Assembly: GCA_052279835.1 (NCBI GenBank)
Contig: CP181291.1
Span: forward strand, 2,912,001-2,976,000
DNA from: Microcoleus sp.
GTDB lineage: Bacteria; Cyanobacteriota; Cyanobacteriia; Cyanobacteriales; Microcoleaceae
Length of the DNA: 64,000 bases
Direction of reading: 5' to 3'
Of this stretch, positions 51,831 to 62,060 are shown piece after piece. A program made the position numbers and the translations under genes. A model generated the notes under the pieces. The model made no database searches. It was not told where the DNA came from and saw only the letters and a list, made by a program, of their open reading frames with translations. Within the stretch, counting starts at the first letter, position 1. Each line of letters opens with the position of its first letter.

Positions 51831-54329
51831 ATGATAATTGAAGATGAAGAACTCCGAGATGTATTTAAGATTGCTAGTGAAGAACACTTGCAAAAACTCG
51901 ATGACGGATTGCTTTATTTGGAAGAACACCCAGGGGATGCCACTAAATTAGAAGAATTGCTGAGAGAAACCCATTCTCTCAAGGGTGATGCGGGGATGCT
52001 AGGAGTAAAAAGTGTGGCATCTTTAGCTCATCAAATGGAACATATTTTGGGAGGTGTCAAGCGCGGAGAAACTCAACTAAATTCAGATATTAGCGATCGA
52101 CTTTCCCAAGGTTTAGAAGCCATTCGCAAGCTAGTTGACGAAGCCGTAACGGGCGAAGCTTCTGGAGTTAATACATTTTACATCCTCGCTAGCATGATGG
52201 GCGCTTCTAGTCAACCACAACCACAAGTTACTAGCCCCATAGTAGAAGCAGCATCTTCAAAATCACCAGAATCAGAAAACCCCTTGGTAGAAACCCCAAT
52301 TACTGAGCATCCTACCCCAGAAATAGAAACAAGTATTGAAACTTCAGAAGTCGTTAATTTAGAAAATAATTATTCTTTTTTACCTCTACAATCCGAGCAA
52401 GAATTGCTGCTGCAATCTCAAAACTTGCCTACCCCTTCGGTGTCAAATGCTTCGGATTCACCATCCCCTGCCACCGCCTTATCCACCTCATCTTATCGTA
52501 TAGAAACCATTCGCGTTGCTACCCAAAATTTAGATGATTTAATGACTCAAGCTGGGGAACTTACTGTCACCAAAACTCGACTGGGACACCGAGTGGCAGA
52601 TATCGAACAAATTACGACTTTGTGGGAAGAGTGGAGTCGAGAATATTTTGTCACTAGCTTGACTTTTCATCAGATACAAATAGATGAAAACAGGATGAAA
52701 GAAAATGATAAATTCATGCAATTGCAGAATTACTGTCAACGTACCCAAGAACGTTTAGAACGGCTTGGCATTTTAGTCAACCGCTTGAAAAATTTAGTGT
52801 ATGAAGATACGGCGAGACTTGAAATAATTGCCGAGGAACTAGAATCAGGAATTCGCACTCTCAGACTGCTGCCTTTGTCTACTATTTTTAATTTATTTTC
52901 TAGAACTGTAAGAGACTTAGCGAAACGGGAAGGTAAAGAAGTTGCCTTAGTGATTGAAGGAGGCGAAACTACAGCAGACAAACGCATTTTAGAGGAAATG
53001 AAAGACCCTTTGATGCACATGATTCGGAATGCGATCGACCACGGAATTGAAACTGTTGCAGAACGCCAAAAAATCGGCAAACCTCCTGTGGCAACTCTCC
53101 GAATTAAAGGTTATGCTATAGCCAGTAATGTGATTATTGAAGTGGCTGATGATGGTCGGGGACTAAATCTTGAGCGTATTAAACAAACGGCCATAAAACG
53201 TAATATTTGTACGTTAGAACAACTTGCAGCTATGACCACAAGTCAAGTACAATCTTTGATTTTTGCTCCTGGTTTTTCGACCAGAACATTTGTGACTGAA
53301 GTATCGGGACGTGGGGTGGGTTTAGATGTAGTGCGTACTAATGTTGAAGCCTTGAAAGGTACTATTCAAGTGGATTCTTTGCCGGGACAAGGATGCACTT
53401 TTAGATTGCAACTAAGTACGTCTTTAGCTACAGCGAATGTATTGATTGTAGTAGTTGAAGACATTGCTTATGCTCTGCCACTAGAGTTTGTAGAAACAGC
53501 ACAATTAGTTTCTTATTCTGATATTTTTGCTATGGAAGGTAGGGAAACTGTACTTTTAAAAGGTCAGCCTCTGTCAGTGTCTCATCTGAGAGATTTACTG
53601 GAATTAAATAATCAAACCTGGATGCAAAATCGGGCTGGTAAAGAGGAAAATTGGAACGAACTTTACCCCCATAGTCCCAAGGAATTTATGGGTTCAAATT
53701 CGGGAAAAATTCCTTGTATTATTTTAAAGATAGGAGAGGAAAGATTGGGATTATTTGTAGATGCTTTAATAGACGAACAGGATGTGGTGATTAAACCTCA
53801 AAGTAAATTACTAAAAAGGGTGCGAAATGTTTCCGGTGCAACAATTCTTGGTAACGGGGAAGTTTGTATGGTACTGAATCCCCAGGATTTGATAAAATCG
53901 GTACGCAAGCAAGTTTTGTCGCGTACTATTGCTGGTTTGCGATCGCCCATGGAGACTGCCAGCCGAAAACAAGTTATACTTTTAGCAGAAGACTCGATCG
54001 CCACCCGCACTCAAGAAAAACGCATCCTGGAAAGTGCAGGTTATGAAGTGGTGACAGCCGTAGATGGATTGGATGCGTTCAATAAATTAAAAACTCGCAA
54101 TTTTGATGCGGTGATTTCTGATGTGCAAATGCCAAATTTGGATGGTTTGGGACTGACTGTTAAGATTCGTCAGCAACAAAAATACAGTGATTTGCCGATA
54201 ATTTTAGTGACTTCTTTGGCTTCGGATGAAGATAGAAAGAGAGGTGCTGATGCGGGGGCAAATGCTTATATTCCTAAAGGTACTTTTAATCAAGATGTGT
54301 TGGTAGAGACTTTAAAAAGGTTAGTTTAG
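51831..54329 (+). CDS. cheA: CheA hybrid kinase (Hpt, dimerisation, HATPase, CheW, REC; WspE-like)
   Basis: HSLKG, RNAIDHG, DDGRG, FAPGFST, SGRGVGLDVV motifs and C-terminal receiver SDVQMP. Confidence 0.95.
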   Translation: MIIEDEELRDVFKIASEEHLQKLDDGLLYLEEHPGDATKLEELLRETHSLKGDAGMLGVKSVASLAHQMEHILGGVKRGETQLNSDISDRLSQGLEAIRKLVDEAVTGEASGVNTFYILASMMGASSQPQPQVTSPIVEAASSKSPESENPLVETPITEHPTPEIETSIETSEVVNLENNYSFLPLQSEQELLLQSQNLPTPSVSNASDSPSPATALSTSSYRIETIRVATQNLDDLMTQAGELTVTKTRLGHRVADIEQITTLWEEWSREYFVTSLTFHQIQIDENRMKENDKFMQLQNYCQRTQERLERLGILVNRLKNLVYEDTARLEIIAEELESGIRTLRLLPLSTIFNLFSRTVRDLAKREGKEVALVIEGGETTADKRILEEMKDPLMHMIRNAIDHGIETVAERQKIGKPPVATLRIKGYAIASNVIIEVADDGRGLNLERIKQTAIKRNICTLEQLAAMTTSQVQSLIFAPGFSTRTFVTEVSGRGVGLDVVRTNVEALKGTIQVDSLPGQGCTFRLQLSTSLATANVLIVVVEDIAYALPLEFVETAQLVSYSDIFAMEGRETVLLKGQPLSVSHLRDLLELNNQTWMQNRAGKEENWNELYPHSPKEFMGSNSGKIPCIILKIGEERLGLFVDALIDEQDVVIKPQSKLLKRVRNVSGATILGNGEVCMVLNPQDLIKSVRKQVLSRTIAGLRSPMETASRKQVILLAEDSIATRTQEKRILESAGYEVVTAVDGLDAFNKLKTRNFDAVISDVQMPNLDGLGLTVKIRQQQKYSDLPIILVTSLASDEDRKRGADAGANAYIPKGTFNQDVLVETLKRLV

Positions 54330-54403
54330 TCATTAGTCATTAGTCATTAGTTATTAGTCATTAGTTAGTAGTCAACAGTCAACAGTCAACAGTCAACAGT
54401 CAA
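54328..54403. repeat. STRR heptamer tracts (AGTCATT; AGTCAAC)
   Basis: Tandem 7-mers between cheA and cheB. Similar tracts at 49685-49756 and 51760-51817. Confidence 0.85.
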
Positions 54404-54443
54404 CGCCCTAGGCCCAATTAATTCCCCATTCCCCTAAAAACTG

Positions 54444-55532
54444 ATGTTATCGCCTATTAAAGTATTATTAGTTGAAGATTCTCCAGTAGTGACGATCATC
54501 CTCAAACGAATTTTTGACTCCTCCCCAGAAATCAAAGTTGTCGGTACTGCTTGCAACGGATTAGAAGCACTAGAATTAATCCCAAAACTTCAGCCACAAG
54601 TCATCTGTACCGATTTAAATATGGCACCCATGAACGGGTTAGAATTCACCCAAGAAGTAATGAAGAAATATCCTCTACCAATTTTAGTCATCAGTGCTTC
54701 CGTGCAAGCCGATGATACACAGAATGTATTTCAACTGTTAAAAGCAGGTGCATTGGATGTTTTTCCCAAACCGATGGGCGGGTTGGCTTCAGATTACGAT
54801 CGCCTTACTAATCAATTAATCGCTAAAATTAAAATCCTGTCAGGAGTGAAAGTATTTACACGGCATCAAAAACTCGTACCCACCGAACCTATTAACAAAA
54901 ATTTCAAAAAAATTAACCCATTACCAGTTTCTCCTTACCAATTTTCCCCAGAAAATGTCAAATCTCCCACTATTAAACTATTGGCTATAGGGGCTTCTAC
55001 AGGAGGCCCACAGGCATTGCACGGGATTATTTCTAAGCTGCCGGCTAATTTCCCCGTGCCTGTAATTTGTATCCAGCACATTAGTGAAGGTTTTTTGCAA
55101 GGATTAGTTGATTGGCTGGGCTATGAATCGAAACTACCTGTTAAAATAGCTGCTTTTGGCGAATTGCCACAAGCGGGTACTGTTTATTTCCCACCGGAAA
55201 AATTTCATTTAGAATTGGACTCTAAAGGGCGATTTGTTTATTCAGAAGCTCCTCCTGTCGGGGGACACTGCCCTTCTGTAACAGTGACATTTAAGTCAGT
55301 AGCTAATTTTTATAATCGCGCCGCTGCTGCGGTGTTGCTGACAGGTATGGGCAGAGATGGTGCTGACGGAATGTTGGCGATCGCCAAAGTTGGTGGTTTG
55401 ACAATAGCCCAAGACGAAGCTACCTCTGTTGTCTTCGGGATGCCCAAGGAGGCGATCGCCCTAGGTGCTGTGCAACAAATTCTGCCCATTAGCGCCATCG
55501 CTCCTTTCCTGTTGGCTAAATTTAAAATTTAG
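54444..55532 (+). CDS. cheB: Protein-glutamate methylesterase CheB (REC plus esterase)
   Basis: Receiver domain, then GASTGG, QHI and LTGMGRDGA catalytic triad. Confidence 0.95.
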   Translation: MLSPIKVLLVEDSPVVTIILKRIFDSSPEIKVVGTACNGLEALELIPKLQPQVICTDLNMAPMNGLEFTQEVMKKYPLPILVISASVQADDTQNVFQLLKAGALDVFPKPMGGLASDYDRLTNQLIAKIKILSGVKVFTRHQKLVPTEPINKNFKKINPLPVSPYQFSPENVKSPTIKLLAIGASTGGPQALHGIISKLPANFPVPVICIQHISEGFLQGLVDWLGYESKLPVKIAAFGELPQAGTVYFPPEKFHLELDSKGRFVYSEAPPVGGHCPSVTVTFKSVANFYNRAAAAVLLTGMGRDGADGMLAIAKVGGLTIAQDEATSVVFGMPKEAIALGAVQQILPISAIAPFLLAKFKI

Positions 55533-55535
55533 AAC

Positions 55536-55916
55536 TTATTGCTTGATAAATTTATGAATTACCTCGCGTAACATATCAGCATCAAAGGGCTTAGTTAAAT
55601 ACTCCGTTGCTCCAGCCAAGCGCCCCTGTACCTTATCAAAAGCTCCATCTCGCCCTGTCAGCATGACGATGGGCAAGTTCTGAAACTGAGGTAAACTACG
55701 CACGGTGCGGCAGAGTTCCAATCCGTCAATACCGGGCATTGAAACATCCAGTAGCAAAACCGCAACTTGTTCGTGATAAATAGTTGACAAAGCATCCACC
55801 GCATTGTCAGTCACCAGCACCCGAAACTCTTTGCTTAAAGCCTGTTTGACCAATCCTTGCATTACCGCGCTATCATCAACAGCCAGAATAGTTGGTAAGC
55901 TGCTACTTGCAGACAT
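55536..55916 (-). CDS. Single-domain response regulator (CheY/PilG-like)
   Basis: AVDDS, LLDVSMP, MLTG and YLTKPF motifs. Confidence 0.9.
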   Translation of the reverse strand: MSASSSLPTILAVDDSAVMQGLVKQALSKEFRVLVTDNAVDALSTIYHEQVAVLLLDVSMPGIDGLELCRTVRSLPQFQNLPIVMLTGRDGAFDKVQGRLAGATEYLTKPFDADMLREVIHKFIKQ

Positions 55917-56560
55917 ATTCTTCTCCCCAATCTATAATCTATTTATACTTCTTTCAAGAAGTATGCAACATAATTTCACTGTTTCATTTTTGAGTTTTCC
56001 CCAGAGGGACTAACTGCCAATGCTTTGCTATCCCGATTACTTGTGAGTTGTTACCGCTACTGGCGCGTCGGATGCGCCAATGTGGCTTGGGAGCATTCAT
56101 CCGCCTTGTGCGACTGACTCGCCTTCACCGCCAGCCCTAATTTCGACCGATGCACCAGAGGGTGAATGATATCGCTTCCAAGGAGTTTTATCCACTATTG
56201 TTACGAAATTTAACAAGTTAGGAATTTTTTCCACTGAATTTTCTAGCTGTACTTCAGTAGCAGGCATCATGGCTAGGAGTAGGACACTGGTATTGTGACA
56301 CACACTCAGGATTTTAATCTACCAGTGTGACCACTAGCTGCCTGATATAAATACGTTAGAAAAAATTTATACTGAATGAATAAACTAAATCTAAGTAACG
56401 ATCTCAGTCCCCCAACTCCCCATTTCCCACATATCTCTAAACCAGGCACAATGATCCTAGATGCCACTAGGCTACAGTCTGCCCAAACCACAATCTATGC
56501 CTTTTGATTCTATTCTCTATTGATAATTCTTAGCAAAAGCAACTCAACGGGCAGTCACAC

Positions 56561-59218
56561 ATGAAAGCACCCTTGCCTTTTACGAAAAAAGTGTTAAAGC
56601 TCCACAATATAGACCTGTATCAGATCCTCGGATCTGCTTCGGAGGCTTGTTTCGATGATTTGGCTGGCTTAGCTGCTCAGATGACTCGGACTTCTATGGC
56701 TGTTGTGAGTTTGAATGACTCTAACGGTCACTGGCTCAAGTCTCAGGTAGGTCTCGATCGCGCTTTTACCCACCACTACCTCAATTTTTGTGCCCTGGCG
56801 ATCGGTCAAAATCCTCAAGAGCTCGATCGACTCTCCGCATCTAACTCCGAAGTTAGCATCATCCCAGACGCTGCCACCGATCCCCGATTGGCCAGTCATC
56901 ACCTAGTGGCCTCTGACCCTTTTGTGAAATTTTACGCCGGAGTGCCGATCGTCACCAAGGACGGGGAAATGCTGGGAATCCTCTCGGTCATGGATGCCGT
57001 ACCGAAAGACTTGACAAAAGAAGCGATAAATGGTATTGAAGCTTTGAGTCGGCAAGTTGCTACCCTGGTGGAACTGCGTTGCCAACTAGCCCAAGCCCAG
57101 GAACATGGCACTAAGCTAGAACCAACCAAGGAGGACTCAGGAGAATTACCGGAATTAGAGCGATCGTCCAAGGACGAATTCTTCTCAGGCGTACAGAAGC
57201 CAGAGGAAGCCACGAATATATTTAGCACCAAAAATCTCTCCGTGTTCGGCGATGGTGGGACATCGATTTATCCGTGGGAAACTGCCCTCATCGACCAGCA
57301 GCCAGTAGAAATAGCGCTCCGAGAAAGCCACGAGCGATCGCGCCTGTCCACGTTGCAAGCTCAAGTGGGTACGACCCTGGGACAAGGTGGGACTATACCG
57401 ACGATGCTCAAGGGCTGCATCGACGCCATAGTCAAACACCTAGACGCCACAGCGACGAGCATCTGGACGTTGAACCCGCAGACCGATCGACTAGAATTGC
57501 AAGCTGCTTCAGGACACAGCAATCCAGCCTGGGAGTTGGAGATAGAGGAGTGGATGCGAACAGAACCAGGAAAACTGCCCACAGCCCCCCTGTTGCTGCT
57601 GTCGATGCCATCTGCGATCGCCTTTGGTCTGATTGTGGAGAAGCGACTGGTGGGAGTGATGGCCCTGTGCTGCCGCCATGCAACTACGGAGGGAACCCTA
57701 GAGGCGATCGTCTCCATGGCTAACGTGATTGCTGTGGGGATCGATCGGGTGAAAGCTCGCGAAGAATTGTTGAGTAGGCCCGAAGGTTTGCTGTTTGGTC
57801 TCGCCAGCCAAATGCGAAACTCCCTGGACCTCGACAAAATTTTAGATACTGCCGTCAACCAAATTCGTAACTTATTACAGATTGACCAATGCTACTTTTT
57901 ATGGTACTCAGTCTCACCCCAGAACCAGGAGAGCTTTGCGATGACCCACGAGGCGGCAAATCCAGAGTTGAAGGACAGACTAGCAGATTACCCGATCGCC
58001 CAAATCACGCTCCTGGGTGAAAAAATTCGTCACCGCCAACCGCTCAGGATCGGCGATGTGGCAAATACCACTTGCATTGAAGCACCCACGCAAGCTTTTT
58101 TGGCAGAGTTGGGAATTGCGTCCAAGCTGCTGCTACCGCTCAAGACTCGCGCCGGTCAAATGGGAGCAATTGTTTGCAATCACTACAGCAACCGCCGGGA
58201 GTGGTCCTTGAGCGAAGTAGAATTGCTGCAAGCGGTGGTAGACCAACTGGCGATCGCGATCGACCAAGCCGAACTTTACGCCCAAAGTCGCGCCACCGCT
58301 TTAGCAGCTCAAACTCAAGCCCGCCAACTAAGCGAAACATTGCTGAATTTGCAGCAAAAAGAAGCTCAACTCATCCAAAACGAAAAAATGTCATCTCTCG
58401 GTCAAATGGTGGCCGGTGTCGCCCACGAAATTAACAATCCCGTAAACTTTATTTACGGCAACTTGACTTACTGCGAGCAGTACATGAAAGATCTGCTGGA
58501 TTTGCTGCGCTTGTACCAAAAACACTACCCCGAACCCTGCGCCGAAATTCTCCACAAGAGCGAAGAAATTGATGTGGATTTCGTCATCCCCGACTTGCTG
58601 AAAATTTTGTCTTCCATGGAGATGGGAGTCGAACGCATCCGTAAAATAGTCGTTTCTTTGCGGAACTTCTCGCGACACGACGAAGGCGAGATGAAGCCCG
58701 TGGACATTCACGAAGGCATAGATAGCACCTTGCTGATTTTGAACAGTCGCTTGAAATCCAACGGGCAGATTTCTGCGATTGAAGTAGTCAAAAATTACGG
58801 CGAGTTGCCAAAGGTGGAGTGTTACCCCAGTCAACTCAACCAAGTATTTATGAACGTGATCGGCAATGCCATCGACGCCTTGGAACATCAGCCCGCACCC
58901 AAGAAGATCGAAATTTCGACGGCGATAGTGGGAACAGACTCCCAGGAAACATCCTGGGTCAAATCCAGCGGTCAATTTGTGCTGATTCGGATTCGGGACA
59001 ATGGCCCAGGATTGACAGAAAAAGCCAAAGGTCGCTTGTTTGACCCATTTTTTACCACAAAGCCTGTGGGTAAGGGAACTGGACTGGGCTTGTCGATCAG
59101 TTATCAAATTGTGGTAGAAAAACACTCCGGGAGCTTGGAGTGTATCTCACAAACAGGACAGGGAGCGGAGTTCAGGATTAAAATCCCGATCGCTCTCCCC
59201 TCTGTGAGCAAGACTTAA
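56561..59218 (+). CDS. Multi-GAF sensor histidine kinase
   Basis: Three GAF-like regions, H-box AHEINNP, N-box NAIDA, DNGPG, FFTTK and GTGLGL. No TM segments. Confidence 0.9.
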   Translation: MKAPLPFTKKVLKLHNIDLYQILGSASEACFDDLAGLAAQMTRTSMAVVSLNDSNGHWLKSQVGLDRAFTHHYLNFCALAIGQNPQELDRLSASNSEVSIIPDAATDPRLASHHLVASDPFVKFYAGVPIVTKDGEMLGILSVMDAVPKDLTKEAINGIEALSRQVATLVELRCQLAQAQEHGTKLEPTKEDSGELPELERSSKDEFFSGVQKPEEATNIFSTKNLSVFGDGGTSIYPWETALIDQQPVEIALRESHERSRLSTLQAQVGTTLGQGGTIPTMLKGCIDAIVKHLDATATSIWTLNPQTDRLELQAASGHSNPAWELEIEEWMRTEPGKLPTAPLLLLSMPSAIAFGLIVEKRLVGVMALCCRHATTEGTLEAIVSMANVIAVGIDRVKAREELLSRPEGLLFGLASQMRNSLDLDKILDTAVNQIRNLLQIDQCYFLWYSVSPQNQESFAMTHEAANPELKDRLADYPIAQITLLGEKIRHRQPLRIGDVANTTCIEAPTQAFLAELGIASKLLLPLKTRAGQMGAIVCNHYSNRREWSLSEVELLQAVVDQLAIAIDQAELYAQSRATALAAQTQARQLSETLLNLQQKEAQLIQNEKMSSLGQMVAGVAHEINNPVNFIYGNLTYCEQYMKDLLDLLRLYQKHYPEPCAEILHKSEEIDVDFVIPDLLKILSSMEMGVERIRKIVVSLRNFSRHDEGEMKPVDIHEGIDSTLLILNSRLKSNGQISAIEVVKNYGELPKVECYPSQLNQVFMNVIGNAIDALEHQPAPKKIEISTAIVGTDSQETSWVKSSGQFVLIRIRDNGPGLTEKAKGRLFDPFFTTKPVGKGTGLGLSISYQIVVEKHSGSLECISQTGQGAEFRIKIPIALPSVSKT

Positions 59219-59272
59219 ACCTAGCGGGCGATCGTCTTCCAGAAAAATTTTCAAATTTTTTTGTCAAACCCC

Positions 59273-59303
59273 TTGACAAATTCCGGCATCCCAATGGTAA
59301 GAT
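59273..59303 (+). promoter_or_regulatory. Probable sigma70-type promoter of tRNA-Gln
   Basis: TTGACA at 59273-59278 and extended -10 TG-G-TAAGAT at 59295-59303. The 19-nt spacer is somewhat long. Confidence 0.5.
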
Positions 59304-59320
59304 AATAAAGGTTAAGACAT

Positions 59321-59392
59321 TGGGGCGTCGCCAAGTGGTAAGGCAGCTGGTTTTGGTCCAGCCATTCAGAGGTTCGAATCCTTTCGCCCCAG
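59321..59392 (+). tRNA. trnQ: tRNA-Gln (UUG)
   Basis: Acceptor stem TGGGGCG/CGCCCCA, D-loop AAGTGGTAA, anticodon arm GCTGG-TTTTGGT-CCAGC, T-loop GGTTCGAATCC. No encoded CCA. Confidence 0.96.
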
Positions 59393-59490
59393 TTAAATCA
59401 TAAATAAACAATAAAGAAGCAGAATGAAAAGTACATAACTTTTCAAGGGCAGACACCATGCCTACCCCACAATGATTTTATTGCTGAATA

Positions 59491-60735
59491 TTATTTTTGG
59501 GGATTACGAGTATTCAGGCGATCGAAAATCGATCGCGAAATTGCCGGAAATATGGTTTCGTCCTTGGCATAGGCCGGATCGTCAGCGAAAACGACTAAGA
59601 TATAAATCGCTCGATCGTCTAAAGTCCTGACAAACGCCACTTCGCTGCGACACTTGGAAGTATAACCCACTTTAGAACCAAAATAAATATTAGTTGGCAA
59701 AGATTCCCCAAGAAATCCCTGTATCGAGTTACTAGGGTCATTTTTCCAAGCCTTGGGGTCTAAATCTCGCGTCAGCAAGTAAGCCATTTTGCGACTGGCG
59801 ATGCTGGAAACAGCTTGTCTGGTATAAATTTCATACATTAATCTGGCTCCTTGATCGGTAGTTACTTGATTCCGAATCCGCTGATTCCGGTCTCCTTGCA
59901 ACTGCAATTCCCGACCTGTAGGCTGTTCTTGCTTTAAATAATATATCGGATAATTTTTAGTGGTTAAACTAATATTTTCATAACCCGATGACTGAAAAAA
60001 TGTATTAATTTGATTCCTTTTTGCCAGCCAATTTTCCCAGGTTTCTCCTGCTAATTTACCCCCTGATTCTGTATCGGTAATCTTGTCTAAAATCCTGCTA
60101 GCTGCGTCGTTGTTGGAAACACGAATCATTTGTTCTAAATCGGAAGTAAAAGCCGATTCTTTTTCGGCGATTAGGCCTTTTTCCATGGCTGAGTAAAACG
60201 CAGCCATCCAAAATAATTTAGCCACGCTAGCGGGAAATCTCAGGGTTTGATTTTGATATCCGGCGAAGGTGTGGGCTTGGGAATTGCTGACATCCAGCAA
60301 GCTAATTGATAGTGGTTCTATGGGTAATCCTTTGGAGGCCGCAATCTGCACTGCTTCATCAACAATAACTTGCAATTCTTGAGAATAAACTGGATTGGGT
60401 GGTGTTTTGATATTATAGGTGAAGCTACTATCGGCATTGGAGTCTCCGACATTTTCTGGTGTGGAAATTGTCGGGGGGGCGATCGTCTCTTGAGGCGAGA
60501 TTACAGGCGGTTCCATGGGACGACGACCTCTAAATGGTAGTGTGACGATCCAACTGATGGCGATCGCCCCTAGAATTAAATACAGAATATTGCGATATTT
60601 TAACCGAGCCCAAGTCGTTCTCCGTCGGCGACGGGACTTGAATGGACGCTGATTAGTTGGGCGTCCTGGGCTGGTGCGTCCTTTGGTGGTTGGGCGTCTG
60701 GGGGAGATGGGGCGGCGGCGGCGGTCTACTTGCAT
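59491..60735 (-). CDS. Membrane-anchored serine hydrolase, class A beta-lactamase-like
   Basis: Arg-rich N-terminus, one TM helix, PASVAK (SxxK), SNND and KVG motifs. Confidence 0.82.
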   Translation of the reverse strand: MQVDRRRRPISPRRPTTKGRTSPGRPTNQRPFKSRRRRRTTWARLKYRNILYLILGAIAISWIVTLPFRGRRPMEPPVISPQETIAPPTISTPENVGDSNADSSFTYNIKTPPNPVYSQELQVIVDEAVQIAASKGLPIEPLSISLLDVSNSQAHTFAGYQNQTLRFPASVAKLFWMAAFYSAMEKGLIAEKESAFTSDLEQMIRVSNNDAASRILDKITDTESGGKLAGETWENWLAKRNQINTFFQSSGYENISLTTKNYPIYYLKQEQPTGRELQLQGDRNQRIRNQVTTDQGARLMYEIYTRQAVSSIASRKMAYLLTRDLDPKAWKNDPSNSIQGFLGESLPTNIYFGSKVGYTSKCRSEVAFVRTLDDRAIYILVVFADDPAYAKDETIFPAISRSIFDRLNTRNPQK

Positions 60736-60890
60736 TACAGTGGTGTGGTATCAAACTCGCAGGATCAGTGTATAATGAGGCGGCCTCTAAATGACAACTG
60801 TGTCGATCGACTCAGTTTTTGCCAGTTTTCAATGTTTTATGGGCTGATTGATAGTTCTGGTAATTGTAAAAATCTCAGGATAGCACTCCG

Positions 60891-62060
60891 TTGAAACAAC
60901 ATCCATTGAAAAATATGAGAAATTTTTGGGGGCTGGCTGTTTTGGGATTAACAATAGTTGGCGTTAGTAATTCTTTGATACCTTCGGTTGTGGTATTTGT
61001 CCCCCAATCTGCTGCTGCTGAACCTATTGTCCATCTACAAACAGCCAGACGCAACGCGGATATGTCGCCAGAGTTTACAGAAGCAAGCCCAAATGTGGAT
61101 GTAACAAACCAGCCAACTATTTTCAGTAGCAGTAGTTGGTTTTGGGAATTAAAAAATTTACCCCAAATTTCCTACACTCAATTGCTTGACTTGTTGGTCA
61201 GACAACCTGATGCCAATCATATTACTACAGAAACCGTTGCACATCCTGAAGACATAGCACGTTTTGAGCGGGTTGTAAAGTATGCAAAACAACAAAATTT
61301 GCAGGCTCGCCCCATGGGAGAAATTGTACAGGCGATCGGCGATTATTTTCTCGGTCAACCCTACGTTGAGGGTTTGTTAGATAAATCCGGGACCGAAAAA
61401 TTAGTCATCACTTTAGACAAGTTTGATTGCGTCTTATTTGTCGAAACTGTACTGGCGATCGCACGGGGTGTGGCCGCCCAAGATTACGATTATCCAAATT
61501 TTGTAAATAGGATTGAGTCCCAGCGCTATTTAAACGGTAAAATCAACGGTTATTGCAGCCGCTTGCACTATTTTTCGGAATGGATAAATGACAATCAAAA
61601 ACGCGCAAATGTAGAAAATATCACAGCCAAGTTGGGAGGAGTACCTCTTGATAAAAAACTCAATTTCATGAGTCAGCACCGCAGCAGTTATCCCCAAATG
61701 CGGCAGGATGAAGCTACTTATCAGTGCATTGTTAACATTGAAACTGATTTGGCTAAATCTACAGTTAATTACATACCAAAAAATCAGATTAAAAATATTT
61801 ATTCTGATTTAAAACCAGGGGATATTGTGGCGGTAGCTACGGATGTGAAAGGATTGGATGTCACCCATACTGGCTTGGTTTATCGAAATGCGGACGGGAA
61901 TCTGGGTTTGATTCATGCTTCGCCGGCGGGACAGGTGGTGGTGGCTTATGACTTACACCGATATATTGGCCGGGTTGAAAGTGCGATCGGGATTGTGGTG
62001 GCTAGGGCGATCGATCCTAGGCACAATGGAGTTAGATCAAACGAACTGCGAAGGCGCTAA
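60891..62060 (+). CDS. DUF1460 N-acetylmuramoyl-L-alanine amidase-like protein
   Basis: FLGQPY, FDCVLFVE, RLHYFSEW, GLDVTHTG and IHAS motifs plus signal peptide. Start may be at 60915. Confidence 0.85.
   Translation: MKQHPLKNMRNFWGLAVLGLTIVGVSNSLIPSVVVFVPQSAAAEPIVHLQTARRNADMSPEFTEASPNVDVTNQPTIFSSSSWFWELKNLPQISYTQLLDLLVRQPDANHITTETVAHPEDIARFERVVKYAKQQNLQARPMGEIVQAIGDYFLGQPYVEGLLDKSGTEKLVITLDKFDCVLFVETVLAIARGVAAQDYDYPNFVNRIESQRYLNGKINGYCSRLHYFSEWINDNQKRANVENITAKLGGVPLDKKLNFMSQHRSSYPQMRQDEATYQCIVNIETDLAKSTVNYIPKNQIKNIYSDLKPGDIVAVATDVKGLDVTHTGLVYRNADGNLGLIHASPAGQVVVAYDLHRYIGRVESAIGIVVARAIDPRHNGVRSNELRRR

Noticed and set aside
57790..58280. Kinase GAF as a bilin photoreceptor
   Set aside because: It lacks the CH attachment motif and the DXCF or W-x-D motifs.
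58391..59125. 244-aa antisense ORF and other shadow ORFs (e.g. 21235-21681, 1732-2112, 57361-57858)
   Set aside because: They lie fully opposite or inside well-supported genes or repeats and have no recognisable motifs.
59321..59392. tRNA-Gln as an island integration site
   Set aside because: No integrase and no duplicated tRNA 3' end seen in the window; flanking genes carry normal HIP1 sites.
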